Source: a virus
Strand: one strand, 5' to 3'
Length of the DNA stretch: 64,000 nt
Virus record (IMG/VR): IMGVR_UViG_3300020048_000058
Notes under the pieces: model-generated
Database searches by the model: none
What the model saw: the letters and a program-made list of their open reading frames with translations, nothing else
What the model was told of the DNA's origin: nothing
Shown here: positions 1 to 10,575 of the stretch, piece after piece
How positions within the stretch are numbered: the first letter of the stretch is position 1
How the letters are laid out: every line of letters starts with the position of its first letter
Program-made: the position numbers and the translations under genes

Positions 1-329
1 TTTTTTTTAGCCCCTCCGGGTGTATCAAAGCGAAAGCTATAACCAAGGGAAAAATCCTCCCATTCCTCCTCATTGTCCAGTCGCCCAATCTTAAAAGGGC
101 TAAAACGGATATCGTCCAAAATCTCGAAGCTAAACACACGAGGACGATCAGCATCCTTAAACCGTCCCGTAATTTTACCATCATCACCCACCTCAAAGTC
201 CAAAACAATAACCGGAGAATTATAAATTGATGGGAGGGATAGTGTTTGGGCGATCGCTAACCGCATCTGTTCCTTGGTAGGAGCAGCATCAAAGCTAGGG
301 GGATTTTGACGGTTTAAGGTAGTGACCAT
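1..329 (-). CDS. hypothetical protein, 5' portion only (ORF runs off window start)
   Basis: Reverse-strand ATG at 327-329, then an open frame to position 1 (MVTTLNRQNPPSFDAAPTKEQMRLAIAQ...). Absent from the ORF track because it is truncated. Confidence 0.4.
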   Translation of the reverse strand, partial: MVTTLNRQNPPSFDAAPTKEQMRLAIAQTLSLPSIYNSPVIVLDFEVGDDGKITGRFKDADRPRVFSFEILDDIRFSPFKIGRLDNEEEWEDFSLGYSFRFDTPGGAKK

Positions 330-381
330 TGTTTTTGAGAATAGATTTACCGAGTCTTTCTGTACGGGTGCAGGTCGGGGT

Positions 382-606
382 TTACCAGTCTTCCGGCCCT
401 TGAGCTACAAAACGCTTGGCACGTTCTCGTTTTTCCTCTTCTGTCAAATCGTCATAACTTCTTTTTGGATATTTCTTAGCCATTCTTTTATCAAATTCCT
501 GTAATGTCTCCCCTTCCCCTAAAGCATCCTCATCTTCGGATACAACAGCAGGAGGAACGGTTTTAATTTTTTTTTGTCCTTCAACAGCAGTTTTTTTGGC
601 TTTCAT
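382..606 (-). CDS. hypothetical protein, highly charged (74 aa)
   Basis: Track ORF, co-directional with the portal block. Lys/Glu-rich with no recognisable motif. Confidence 0.4.
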   Translation of the reverse strand: MKAKKTAVEGQKKIKTVPPAVVSEDEDALGEGETLQEFDKRMAKKYPKRSYDDLTEEEKRERAKRFVAQGPEDW

Positions 607-833
607 AATTGATTTTCGTTTTTAATGCTAATAGGTCTATTATACTTTGTTTTTGCTTAATTAAGTTTACTTCTACCAATATCAAAATGTGCTTGGGTGA
701 TCGCTAATTTCGCCTGGATTTCTGTTGGCGGAGCATCAAATCTTAATTTTGTCCATAAAGTACAGATGTCATCTTTTATACATAAATTTAGGGGGTTACT
801 ACCTAAGCCTTGATTGACTTAGATAGTATAAGA

Positions 834-1226
834 TTAAACGTAAACACGGGAAGCAAACTCTAGCTCAATCGTGTCAAACAAGGTTTTCCCTGACACGGTA
901 ATTGGGGCAGTGGGTGTCACTTTTCGCAAGTAAGCACTATAAATAATATAGCTTGCAAAAGCCATGTTCGCACCGACTGGCTGATTGTCGAGTAAATTTT
1001 GGACGTTTTGGGTTCTCTCGGATTCAAACGTATCAAGATCAGCGTCAACAGCACCCTGAATTGTTAGCGTCACGGATTTCTTTACAAGAGGGATGACCGC
1101 TATATCTCCCCCTTGATTTAATTTAACCTCAAGAGTTTCGTCGTCCCCGAACGAGATGTCTTCAGGCTTGAAGGCGTAATCCTTTCCGGCTCTTGTAATC
1201 TTGAAAAAACTAACAGGAATTGGCAT
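834..1226 (-). CDS. hypothetical protein (130 aa), virion-module context
   Basis: Track ORF immediately downstream of the portal gene on the same strand. Confidence 0.5.
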   Translation of the reverse strand: MPIPVSFFKITRAGKDYAFKPEDISFGDDETLEVKLNQGGDIAVIPLVKKSVTLTIQGAVDADLDTFESERTQNVQNLLDNQPVGANMAFASYIIYSAYLRKVTPTAPITVSGKTLFDTIELEFASRVYV

Positions 1227-1397
1227 GATAAAACCCTTCTGATCAGAAGTTATTACTATAATTTTAAAGTTAGATTCTTATAGATCAACGGGACTTTATA
1301 AAATAATTTCTATATAAGAAAATCACACCTTTTTTTATTTCATTGATTTCTTGATGAATAGACGGGAGGCAGACCGTTTTAGTGGGCCTGGGCATCC

Positions 1398-3296
1398 TTA
1401 TATCAAATCTTCTACATCTTGGCAATATTGGTTTAACTCCGTAGGATCGCACTTCTCTACTCCCCCAAAACGATCTAATCCTGCATGGTAGTAGTAGCAA
1501 TCGCGCACTTCTTTTGGGGAATCAAAGCCCAAAAAATACTTTGTTTCGTCAATCTCCCCTGTTGCTGTGTTAAGTTGCCGAACCTTCCAGAGACTTGGTG
1601 AGTTCGGGTTTTTGATGTAAACGTCGATTGCTTTCGCGTCCTCTGCGTGTCCGTAGCTGCGTCTAATATGCCCATACCCTGCCTTCATTGTTTTGTTATA
1701 GCGAAGATCCCCTTTGTCGTGAGTAACCCCAATAGATAGCCCGTGCCAATTAAGAACCCGTTTTATTGGGGTGTAAACAGCACTGTCCATTTGAGTTGTA
1801 GGTTCTTCGGTGGGTGAGGCAGCTTCCTCTCCTCCTAATGCCCCCATATCAAAACCACCGAGGGAGTTTGCTTGTTCTTCTGCTTTCTTCTTGGCTTCTT
1901 CCCATGCTTTTTGATCGATGTTAAACTCTGGCCACCAATCGGAGTTAGAAGGTACTGTCCGAGCTTCATCGGGCGTAATAAATCCGGCTTGAATCCCTGA
2001 AGCTAAGGCTTGAATGTCAGATGAGCGTCCAGAGCGAAGATCCTCAATGGTCATTCTCAAAATTGAGGGATACTGCCTTTGATAGTCGTCGGGGATTTTG
2101 CCTTTTGTGGGGCCGTCTTTGGCTAAGAAGATATAGCGATCAAGAATAGCCGCACTAGGATCTAAATTCTCTCCCTGGTACTCTGCTACCGAGTTAGCGT
2201 AGTTTATTTGGGTTTCCTTGCCATCACGCCCCAAACCCCCAGGGCTTTCCCCCCAAACTATCGTGTGAGGCATTCCAGAGGCTCCCGTAACCCCATCCTT
2301 TTGTACTTGCACAAGTGAATCCATCCCGGCGAGGGGACGGGCGTTCCAGTTGAATTGTTCACGGGAGTCATGGAGAACCATGCCATATAAATCAAACATT
2401 AATCGAATTGATTTCATGGTTTGCTTAATAGCTGCAATACTTTCTTCATCAGATGCCATCATCAGTTCCCGTAGCCCTTCAAAAGAATGCTGTAAAACCG
2501 ATTGGGTTTTAATCAATTCACCTACTGCATTGAGTCCATTTGTATAGTTTTTGTAATACTTCCAAACCTCGTCAAAGACACTCAACCCCCATCCATTATT
2601 GTAAGAAATCATCCAATCATCAGGCATTAATGTTCCATTAAACCGGAGGATTCGAGACCGATGAATAAGGCGATCATCCTGCTTAGAGTTTGTTTCGTTA
2701 AACAGTAATTTTTGTTTTATTTGTTGGTCAATTGTTAGGATTTCATAATGTTCAATATCATCAAGGTCAAATATACTCGCAGCCGTTCTCACCGAAGGAG
2801 CAACTTGCCATCGGTGACGAACAATTAACCCAGAAATTGATTTAATCTTGCCTTCGTTAACAGGCTCGGAATAATGTCTCCCGTCATTAATTTTGAGAAT
2901 AATAACTGTCCCGCCGTGAGAACGAGAGAACTGTAAGGCTTTTCTAAATTGTGATCTAGTTTTTAGTCTTTCGTGATAAGCATAGTAATCGCGGACTAAT
3001 TTAGAACCCACCTTACTAGAGAAATCATCCCCCAAGGATAACTGCCACATCTTTTGGGTTGACGAAGATGGAAGGCTCCACGCTATCCGCTTTAAGATCG
3101 CGTCCGCCAAGCAATTCTCGACCTGTTGTTGGGAGAAAGGTTGGATTCTTCCCGTTACAGGGAGAGGATTTCGCATCGAATTTGCGTCGGCACTCTCCGC
3201 CAACGCTTGCATCATGACGCGAGAGTCTTCCCGATAACGGTTCGCAGTCTCTGTGGTGGTTTCTTTTTTTGTTGTCTCGGATGATTGGGCGGTCAT
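1398..3296 (-). CDS. putative portal protein (DUF1073-like) with an extra C-terminal domain
   Basis: 632 aa. The central region (HRSRILRFNG, GWGLSVFDEVW, SIAAIKQTMKSIRLMFDLYGM) resembles DUF1073-type portals as I recall them. It lies divergent to the block that holds the large terminase. The roughly 120-aa C-terminal domain (GYGHIRRSYGHAEDAKAIDVYI) has unknown function. Confidence 0.6.
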   Translation of the reverse strand: MTAQSSETTKKETTTETANRYREDSRVMMQALAESADANSMRNPLPVTGRIQPFSQQQVENCLADAILKRIAWSLPSSSTQKMWQLSLGDDFSSKVGSKLVRDYYAYHERLKTRSQFRKALQFSRSHGGTVIILKINDGRHYSEPVNEGKIKSISGLIVRHRWQVAPSVRTAASIFDLDDIEHYEILTIDQQIKQKLLFNETNSKQDDRLIHRSRILRFNGTLMPDDWMISYNNGWGLSVFDEVWKYYKNYTNGLNAVGELIKTQSVLQHSFEGLRELMMASDEESIAAIKQTMKSIRLMFDLYGMVLHDSREQFNWNARPLAGMDSLVQVQKDGVTGASGMPHTIVWGESPGGLGRDGKETQINYANSVAEYQGENLDPSAAILDRYIFLAKDGPTKGKIPDDYQRQYPSILRMTIEDLRSGRSSDIQALASGIQAGFITPDEARTVPSNSDWWPEFNIDQKAWEEAKKKAEEQANSLGGFDMGALGGEEAASPTEEPTTQMDSAVYTPIKRVLNWHGLSIGVTHDKGDLRYNKTMKAGYGHIRRSYGHAEDAKAIDVYIKNPNSPSLWKVRQLNTATGEIDETKYFLGFDSPKEVRDCYYYHAGLDRFGGVEKCDPTELNQYCQDVEDLI

Positions 3297-3390
3297 TTTA
3301 TATTAAAGTTATTGGTATTTTTTTGCAGAATTATCTTCAATTTTAAGGCATAATTATAATATTGTTAATTTATATCTAATCTCAAAACCA

Positions 3391-4047
3391 ATGACTTCTT
3401 CAATTGGCTCAATCAGCTATCCCGCTTCCCAACCCGACCTGGTAGTGACAATCCCCTTCAAAAAGGTGCGGAAACAAATTACCGAAGGGGGAGTAGTAAA
3501 AGATGTGTTAGAGGCCTGGGCAGATTTTGGTGGTGCGGTATCTCAAGTGAATACCATCACCATCACAGCCGGGAGTACGGGAAATGATTACTTGATAGAC
3601 GTCAGTGATGGGACAAACGACGCTATTGTCTCCTACGTTCAACAATCGGGAGATACTGCCACCGTAATTGCAGCAAGACTTTTAGAGGAGATTAATGGGG
3701 TTCCTTCCGCATCTGCTTTGGTTTCGGGAACGGCATTGGCCAACGTTTTAACCATTACCTCTGACTTACCTGGGGTAACAATTACTTACGATGTAAGTGG
3801 GTCTACCACACCCGGAAATATTGTCGTGGCTCAAACTACAGCAGCTTCGGGAACCGCAAAAATGCGAAAAATAGGAGAGATAAAAACGTACTTCATTCTC
3901 CCTGTTGGTGGGCGGAATATTGCCGGGGTTTCACAAGTCGTTTTTTATGATGGTGCGAATCCTCCTGTTATTGCACGAACAGGCTCCGAAGCCAGCGCAA
4001 ATCACCCCACAAGTATGGAGGCGATCTCCGCTTCTGTTAATGGGTAA
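3391..4047 (+). CDS. hypothetical virion-module protein (218 aa)
   Basis: Track ORF and first gene of the rightward structural block. Ala/Gly/Thr/Ser-rich. Confidence 0.5.
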   Translation: MTSSIGSISYPASQPDLVVTIPFKKVRKQITEGGVVKDVLEAWADFGGAVSQVNTITITAGSTGNDYLIDVSDGTNDAIVSYVQQSGDTATVIAARLLEEINGVPSASALVSGTALANVLTITSDLPGVTITYDVSGSTTPGNIVVAQTTAASGTAKMRKIGEIKTYFILPVGGRNIAGVSQVVFYDGANPPVIARTGSEASANHPTSMEAISASVNG

Positions 4048-4681
4048 AGTTTGCCGAGCTTGGGTAAAAGAATCAGGAGGCGAGTTGTACACCCCTCCTG
4101 ATTTGGTGCTACCTTCTTTCATCAAGGTTGACGAAGAAAAAATCGAATTAAAATTAGCTGGTCATCCATTAGTTGCGGCATTGTGCAGAAAAAAACGATG
4201 GGCAATTACTCCCGAATTTCCAGACTTTACGCTCTTAGAGGCGAGGCTATCGGGGAATAGTGGGCAATTATCCCTCTCTGGTAATGCTTCAAAATACGAT
4301 ATTAAAATCCCTAAGCCAGATAGCGAGGCGATCGCTTATTACTTCCCAAACGCCGATAATAAATCGCCTCTAACAGTAGAATTAGTGGACAGGATTACGG
4401 GTCAATCTCAAATCGTGGTTGAAGAAGGTGGGAAAATCTATGCTTCTCCTAATCTTTCTGGGCAAACTGTAAAAATTAGGACGCAGGTGATTTACCGTGA
4501 AGCGACACAAGAGCTACAGGAACCCATAGAAAAGTTAGATGCTCATCTTGTCTTCAAAGAAGGGGAATCCTTAGATCGAAGATGGCGATATTTGGAGTTA
4601 AAACAATGTGAATTCGAGCCATTGTTTGGCAATAGAATCAAGTTAGTTAATTGGCAGGGTAGTCGGGAGGAGTGGCTTTAA
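4040..4681 (+). CDS. hypothetical protein (213 aa)
   Basis: Track ORF 3905-4681 trimmed to the in-frame ATG at 4040, which overlaps the upstream stop by 8 nt. The upstream part of the track ORF overlaps the previous gene. Confidence 0.45.
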   Translation: MGKVCRAWVKESGGELYTPPDLVLPSFIKVDEEKIELKLAGHPLVAALCRKKRWAITPEFPDFTLLEARLSGNSGQLSLSGNASKYDIKIPKPDSEAIAYYFPNADNKSPLTVELVDRITGQSQIVVEEGGKIYASPNLSGQTVKIRTQVIYREATQELQEPIEKLDAHLVFKEGESLDRRWRYLELKQCEFEPLFGNRIKLVNWQGSREEWL

Positions 4682-5331
4682 TGTTACACTTCCGATTAAA
4701 TTATCAGACTGGGGATTTCGTCTTGGTTTTCCCTGTGCCTATTAGAGAGTCTAGGAAACTATCTGCATATCTTTTAGACTTACGAAAGTCCATTGCAGGG
4801 CTTCATATTTACCCAGAGGAAATGGATGATTACCTTTTCCCTCGGTTTCGTTATCATTATTTAAAAATAGCCCATTTTTTTGAGTTTGATCCTGACCAAT
4901 TAACTCAAGAATCACGCCATCATTTTTTTATAGCAACGGAGCCAATCACCTATCGTGGGCAGCTAATCCCAGGTTTAAGTTTACTAGAACAATTATTAGG
5001 TTATAAATATCCCGAAGAGGGAACAGACCCCAAGGTATTTCCCCAGGAACCCATTACAACGGGAGATTTAGCACTTGATATTATCGCGGATGCTATCTTA
5101 ATATTTAAAGTGGGAGGACTTGAGAATCATTACTCTTTAGACGATCTGGCAAAGCTGTGTAAACAAGCAAATGATAGACTGAAACAGGCGGAGGAGTTGG
5201 CAAAAGGGGAAACAACGGGTGGGGATGAGAACTTGGAAAACGAACCACTAGAGGATGATTTTGTTAAGGATAGGTCTAGGTTGTATCACTGGTTAATTAA
5301 TTTAGGGGTAACTGTTCCTATGGAGTTTTAG
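4672..5331 (+). CDS. hypothetical protein (219 aa)
   Basis: Track ORF. Its start overlaps the previous stop, which suggests translational coupling. Confidence 0.5.
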   Translation: MALMLHFRLNYQTGDFVLVFPVPIRESRKLSAYLLDLRKSIAGLHIYPEEMDDYLFPRFRYHYLKIAHFFEFDPDQLTQESRHHFFIATEPITYRGQLIPGLSLLEQLLGYKYPEEGTDPKVFPQEPITTGDLALDIIADAILIFKVGGLENHYSLDDLAKLCKQANDRLKQAEELAKGETTGGDENLENEPLEDDFVKDRSRLYHWLINLGVTVPMEF

Positions 5332-5416
5332 GTACGGAGTTTTAAAATGGAAAGAATTGTTATATATCGTGAAACCAGACCATCTCCAAAGGGACGTATA
5401 AAAATTAAAATCACAA

Positions 5417-7045
5417 TTGGTTACACAGGGAGGATGGGTGACAAAACAAAGACAACATAGTGGCTATCCTTCGATCTTGGATAAGTTAGGATTTGTGGGG
5501 CAAAGTATTGCAAACTGGAACCCCTGGGAACCCAAGAGTGAACCGCAAAAAATGGCTCTGTCTTCTCCTGCTGACATTATCGGGTTTGGAGGGAGTGCAG
5601 GTGGGGGGAAAACCGCAATTATTCAGATTATGGCGGTGACACAACACCGGAAATCAATTGTTTTCCGACGAGAGTATCCTCGATTGCTGGATATTATCGA
5701 AAAATCACGACTACTGTTGCGGGGTAGTGGGGCTACTTACAACAGTAACGAAAAGCTATGGAGGAAGATACCAGGAAGGAGAACTCTAAAGTTTGGCGCG
5801 GCACAGTATGAAAGTGATATTGAAAATTGGCGAGGGATTGAGCACGATCTCAAGGCAATAGACGAGGTGACAGAATTCTCCCTTGAGCAATTTCTCTTTT
5901 TAACGGGTTGGTGCAGAAGTCCAGATCCCCATCAGAAATGTAGGGTAATCTTTACTTTTAACCCACCTAGCCAGGTAAGTGGGCGATGGATTATTGGGTA
6001 TCTTGCTCCCTGGCTTGATCCAAAATACGAATCTCAAACAGGGAGACACTTTGCCGAACCAGGTGAGTTACGTTGGTTCGTGGGGGTGAATGGGAAAGAC
6101 CAAGAAGTAGATGTTGATAGCTTTTATCTCACGATTGGCAAGGAAAACCACGAGGTTTCTTCTCTTGATCCTGTAAAGGTTGAAGGAAAACTCTATTATC
6201 CCAAACCCAAGAAGATCAGAATCGGAGATGAAGACTTAGAACCTCGTTCCCGCACATTTATTCGCGCGACACTAGACGATAATCCCTTCCTGAGAGATTC
6301 AGGGTATAGAGGGGTACTACAATCTCTCCCTGAACCTTTGCGATCGCAACTTCTCTATGGTGATATGACTATCGAGCCAGAGTCAGACCCCTATCAAGTT
6401 ATTCCTGGGGATTGGGTCACTTTGGCAATGCAGCGATGGGTTGACTATCCTCAAGTCTTAAAAATGTCCCATATTGGCGTGGATGTGGCACGGGGTGGGA
6501 TAGATAAGACGGTATTGGCTTTACGATGGGATAACTGGCTAGATAAACTCAGGGAATTTGATGGAAGCCAGACCCCAGACAGCAATATTGTCGCGCAGCA
6601 AATTGCCTCCTGTATGGCAAATACAGGGATAAAGGTACAAATTGACGTGATTGGGGTGGGTGCTGCGGTTCACGATACCTGCCGGGGGATGAAAATGCAC
6701 GTTATTCCCTTGAAAGGAAGTGAAGCCGCGAAGGATGGAAACGGCGAGTATTTAAAGGACAAAAGTGGGCTCTTAACCTTTGCCAATATGCGGACTTATT
6801 GGTATTGGAATCTGCGAGACTTATTAGATCCCAAAAATCAAATCCCGATCTCCTTACCTCCCGACGATCAATTAAAAGAAGAACTCTGTGCCTTCCGGTG
6901 GTGGGAAAGCGGGAAAACAATCATGATTACCAAAAAAGATGATATTAAAAGCATTATCGGGCGATCGCCTAACTTAGCCGATGCGGTATGCTATGCGTTC
7001 GCCAAAACTTACCGAGAAGGATTAGCCGATTGGATGAAAAAATAG
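5417..7045 (+). CDS. terL: terminase large subunit
   Basis: Walker A GGSAGGGKT, Walker B-like LKAIDEVTEF, typical TerL length and a C-terminal nuclease-like half. The start is uncertain: TTG at 5417, or GTG at 5438 preceded by AGGGAGGA. Confidence 0.85.
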   Translation: MVTQGGWVTKQRQHSGYPSILDKLGFVGQSIANWNPWEPKSEPQKMALSSPADIIGFGGSAGGGKTAIIQIMAVTQHRKSIVFRREYPRLLDIIEKSRLLLRGSGATYNSNEKLWRKIPGRRTLKFGAAQYESDIENWRGIEHDLKAIDEVTEFSLEQFLFLTGWCRSPDPHQKCRVIFTFNPPSQVSGRWIIGYLAPWLDPKYESQTGRHFAEPGELRWFVGVNGKDQEVDVDSFYLTIGKENHEVSSLDPVKVEGKLYYPKPKKIRIGDEDLEPRSRTFIRATLDDNPFLRDSGYRGVLQSLPEPLRSQLLYGDMTIEPESDPYQVIPGDWVTLAMQRWVDYPQVLKMSHIGVDVARGGIDKTVLALRWDNWLDKLREFDGSQTPDSNIVAQQIASCMANTGIKVQIDVIGVGAAVHDTCRGMKMHVIPLKGSEAAKDGNGEYLKDKSGLLTFANMRTYWYWNLRDLLDPKNQIPISLPPDDQLKEELCAFRWWESGKTIMITKKDDIKSIIGRSPNLADAVCYAFAKTYREGLADWMKK

Positions 7046-7047
7046 GT

Positions 7048-7464
7048 TCATAACCCAATAAAACAGTCAATTTGAAACGTGGAGATTGCTACCCAAAGCC
7101 GAGAAGAAGTCTGTTGCACCGTTGTAGCGTTAACTTCCCCTTTTAGCTGTACCTTTGCAGTTGAAAGCTCTAGCGCTCTAACAACCTCCTCGTTAATGGA
7201 GAATATCCCGTGTCTGGCATAGATAGCCTCGGTTGCCTTTTCGATCTCCGCATTTAAACGGGAGCTACAACCCATCGAAATCATCACGTTCCCCGTGAGA
7301 GATCCTAGATCGGATGTGTACCAATCTATCGCACCCGTCCGTTCCCCTACCATTAAGTCCCGCCCAAAGTCGAGGTCTTTTAAATAGAATGCTTTAAGAA
7401 ATGCTTGTTCAACTTGAGGGACAAACAATTCTATGGTCTGTTTTAATTCTTGGCGATAATTCAT
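7048..7464 (-). CDS. hypothetical protein (138 aa)
   Basis: Track ORF. It is a single reverse-strand gene wedged between terL and the next rightward block. Confidence 0.45.
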   Translation of the reverse strand: MNYRQELKQTIELFVPQVEQAFLKAFYLKDLDFGRDLMVGERTGAIDWYTSDLGSLTGNVMISMGCSSRLNAEIEKATEAIYARHGIFSINEEVVRALELSTAKVQLKGEVNATTVQQTSSRLWVAISTFQIDCFIGL

Positions 7465-8214
7465 GCAATAATATTGTTATTAGTCTTTAATTTTATGTTC
7501 ACCCTCTCTAATTCTAACCTACCTGAAACAATCCTGAGTCCATTCAATCTATTGGCTCCTATTTTGTCTGCACAAGGAAGTCAGGTATTAGCTCCTTTGT
7601 TTCAAACTAAAACATTTCATAAATATCCTGGCGTTAACCCTTCCCCAATAGAGCTAACAACCCCTGATGCCATCTTTACCCTCTATAAAATAGACCTGCC
7701 TTTTTTAGCCGTTTTGCGAGTCGGGATAAACAATTTCATTCAAACTACTAACCCAGATAGATTGACTGGGCAGAGATTCTATTTAGAGAATACCACCGTC
7801 TATTTTGCGACCAATACCGTCCCCGATAGTATTAATTTAACCGTAGAATTTAACGCGCCTATCCCCAGGGTAATGTGTGAGTTGATAGTATCTGTTCCCT
7901 TGGGAATGATTGTATCTCAAGTTTTAAATAGAGGTGTCCCTCTTAGTTTTGGACAAGTAGGAGAGCGAATTGTGATCGATTGCTCTGATTCCTGCTGCCG
8001 GATTAGAGGAGGGGAAACTTTAGAGATGACAGGGCAATATACCGCACCCCAGAAGTTAATTGGTCAACTCAATGTCTTTGATATTGGGGAGGACTTAGGG
8101 TTTATCGACTATGTAGAATGGAGAGGTAGACGGTTCGTTGAACCGCAGGGGGAATTTGCTCCTGGTCAGTTTTTCTGGGATGATGCCATTCAATCTTTGA
8201 AACTAATCACTTGA
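7450..8214 (+). CDS. hypothetical structural protein (254 aa or shorter)
   Basis: Track ORF, with an alternative ATG at 7495. The size and the position ahead of a roughly 780-aa protein recall a tail-tubular A/B pair, but that rests on size and order only. Confidence 0.45.
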   Translation: MAIIHAIILLLVFNFMFTLSNSNLPETILSPFNLLAPILSAQGSQVLAPLFQTKTFHKYPGVNPSPIELTTPDAIFTLYKIDLPFLAVLRVGINNFIQTTNPDRLTGQRFYLENTTVYFATNTVPDSINLTVEFNAPIPRVMCELIVSVPLGMIVSQVLNRGVPLSFGQVGERIVIDCSDSCCRIRGGETLEMTGQYTAPQKLIGQLNVFDIGEDLGFIDYVEWRGRRFVEPQGEFAPGQFFWDDAIQSLKLIT

Positions 8215-8218
8215 TACC

Positions 8219-10573
8219 ATGCCTATTGTTTCCCGTCGATTGTTTAAAAATAACATTGTCAAAAACCCTCCTAGCCTTCCAGTTCCGATAAAACTGGGAT
8301 CATTAACTGTTACAAAGAGTTTCCAAGATCATCCCAGTGCCTCAATTACCTATGAAGGGATTTTAGAAGAGGATATTAGCAGTTACGAACAGGTTTATGA
8401 ACCTTCTAGGAGTACAAGAATCAGTATAGACGGGATTCCATTTAGAGTCGCTCCCGATGGAGGCTATAGCTATGAAAGAACTGGATATTTATATAAAGGA
8501 ACCAAAAAAATAAATGTTTATACTGTCTCAATCAACCTAGAAGGATGGTGGAAGGTTTATTGTTCACGGTCGGTGAAAATTAAGCCTTTGGTTAATATGG
8601 CTACAGGGACATTATCAGCGAGTCGGTTGGCATCCAAAGCGGGTGTCAATCTGTCTGGCGGGTTTGACATCTTCCTTGATGAAGTTGGTGAAGACTCCAT
8701 GATGTCTCTGGATGATGTATTGGAGGAATATGCCTTAGTAGAGGGCTGTTACGTCCATTATGGGCAGTTTGTTGCGTTAAAAAACATCAATTCCGGCTCC
8801 TCTTATAGTTTTAGTTGGGAAGAACAACTATCGGACGGTTCTAACCAGCTAGGAGTTGCACCCTATTACAATGGAGCCGCGCTAACCTGGACTCCAAGGG
8901 AAAGCAACAAAGAGCAAGTTGACCCGAATGCACCCCCCGAATTCAAGGAAAAAGAACCCGAATTTAAAACTGAATATGAATATGACCAAGACGTAACAAA
9001 CCCACCAAGAGGAACAGCTATTTTAAGGAGTTTAGACAGCAACTTAGACCAATCTGGCCCTAAGAAAGTTAGGAGGACAACCTACTCAATTGACGGACAA
9101 ACAGACAGAGAAGTGATTGAAACATGGGGATTTGCTTATTACTTAAAAGATTTTCAAGAGACTCCAGATGGTTTTATGATATTAAGGCCTTGGCTATATT
9201 GGACATTAATCGAATTTCAGGAAACTCGTTATTATTATCAGGAGGTGGTTTCACCGATTTACACACTTGCTAAACCTCAAAACACACAAGAAATAAAGTA
9301 TGAATTAGTTGTGCATCCAGATTATGAAGATTATGTAGAAAGTGTGGGGTTTGATGGGATTAAGTTTAAGGCTTCAAAGGCTAAATATTTAACAAGTATT
9401 GTCACGTCTGGATGGAAATTAAGCCGATTTCAACAAGAAGAAATAGGAGGAGACACCGATACAAGTCAGATGGATGTAGATGATAATGGGAATATAATAG
9501 ATCCTTGGTGGAAAGTAGTTAAATTTCAAAAAATAAACAGGCAAGATGTAACCAACTTTTATCTAAAATCAATGCGCGCAGATTACGAACAGGATGCAGT
9601 TCCCTATAGCATTGAGTGGGTTTTTTGGGATGAAATGGACGAGCAGATGCAGCGAATGATGTTCTCAAAAGTTACACCCCCAAGAGAGGGTTCTAATCAA
9701 AGGTTGAAAGTGGGCTTAATTACTGCCGACATGGATTTTGTAGAGCCAATGCTGGCGTGGACAGAATCTAGGCAAGCGTCTTCGATTGCAACAATGGCTC
9801 ACCCTGACTCAACCGACGAAGATCCCCTCCCCGCTTTGGTAACGGGAGAAGAAAGCTATTATCAATCAATTTGGACTAAAAAGAACGACGAATATTCAAC
9901 CGAGAAAATAGTGGAGTTAACCGCATCGGGAGCCGGGTTTGTGGATGGGGTTGAGAATATTCGATATCGAGAGATTCAGGGTAGGCCACCAGAAGCTCAA
10001 TACAGGAAAACAACATGGGAGCAACAACAACCAAAAGCCACAACAACACTTACAATAACAAAGAGCACCGTAAAACGATATTTTGTCTACTCTGATTCAA
10101 TCCCTAAATGGGCATCAGAAGGGGGAGAAAGTCTAAGTTTTGGGGCTGCCTCTACACTTAGTCAAGCAGAAAAAGCAGCTAAAACTCAACTTACAATTAA
10201 CACCCTTCAAAGTACCCAAGAAACCCGGACAGTTAGCTGGCACTTCCCGAACATTGAGGGGGGAGATTTTTGCACTTTCAGTGGGGATAGATTTCGGGGG
10301 AGATTTAGGGTGTTGTCGGCTTCTTATACCCTGGAATATGACGGAAGCCAAAATGCCTATGGACTAGATCCAATCTGCAAAACGGACGGAACAAAGTTGA
10401 CACTGGGATTGTGGGACAGTCGCTCTATTCGTGTTGAGACAAGAAAAGATATTGTTCCGTCTAACGAAGGTTCAGATAACAACCAAGGAGAAGATCCAAA
10501 AGTAGACAATAATGCCACTATAATTACTTTAGGAGGGGTTTTGCCCTCAACTGTCCCCGGTCGGAGAAATTAA
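8219..10573 (+). CDS. large virion structural protein (784 aa), function unknown
   Basis: Long ORF in the structural block. No motif recognised. Confidence 0.5.
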   Translation: MPIVSRRLFKNNIVKNPPSLPVPIKLGSLTVTKSFQDHPSASITYEGILEEDISSYEQVYEPSRSTRISIDGIPFRVAPDGGYSYERTGYLYKGTKKINVYTVSINLEGWWKVYCSRSVKIKPLVNMATGTLSASRLASKAGVNLSGGFDIFLDEVGEDSMMSLDDVLEEYALVEGCYVHYGQFVALKNINSGSSYSFSWEEQLSDGSNQLGVAPYYNGAALTWTPRESNKEQVDPNAPPEFKEKEPEFKTEYEYDQDVTNPPRGTAILRSLDSNLDQSGPKKVRRTTYSIDGQTDREVIETWGFAYYLKDFQETPDGFMILRPWLYWTLIEFQETRYYYQEVVSPIYTLAKPQNTQEIKYELVVHPDYEDYVESVGFDGIKFKASKAKYLTSIVTSGWKLSRFQQEEIGGDTDTSQMDVDDNGNIIDPWWKVVKFQKINRQDVTNFYLKSMRADYEQDAVPYSIEWVFWDEMDEQMQRMMFSKVTPPREGSNQRLKVGLITADMDFVEPMLAWTESRQASSIATMAHPDSTDEDPLPALVTGEESYYQSIWTKKNDEYSTEKIVELTASGAGFVDGVENIRYREIQGRPPEAQYRKTTWEQQQPKATTTLTITKSTVKRYFVYSDSIPKWASEGGESLSFGAASTLSQAEKAAKTQLTINTLQSTQETRTVSWHFPNIEGGDFCTFSGDRFRGRFRVLSASYTLEYDGSQNAYGLDPICKTDGTKLTLGLWDSRSIRVETRKDIVPSNEGSDNNQGEDPKVDNNATIITLGGVLPSTVPGRRN

Positions 10574-10575
10574 GA

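Noticed and set aside
652-775. A reverse-strand open frame (…KLRFDAPPTEIQAKLAITQAHFDIGRSKLN) that resembles the N-terminus of the partial ORF at 1-329 (SFDAAPTKEQMRLAIAQ).
   Set aside because: It has no ATG, GTG or TTG start and is separated from the upstream gene by two in-frame stops. It may be a decayed paralogue or may use a rare start, but there is not enough support to call it a gene.
3905-4039. The N-terminal 45 codons of track ORF 3905-4681.
   Set aside because: They overlap the 3' end of the preceding gene in another frame. The in-frame ATG at 4040, overlapping the upstream stop, is the more economical start.
5346-5459. A 37-aa ORF (MERIVIYRETRPSPKGRIKIKI...) as a small terminase subunit.
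   Set aside because: It is far too short, has no HTH or oligomerisation motif, and overlaps the terL start region.
8173-8188. A possible self-target. Spacer 10 contains TTCTGGGGATGATGCCA, and the window has TTCTGGGATGATGCCA inside ORF 7450-8214.
   Set aside because: The match needs a 1-nt indel and does not extend on either side. An indel is incompatible with a coding homologue, so it is probably chance. I did not exhaustively search all spacers by eye.
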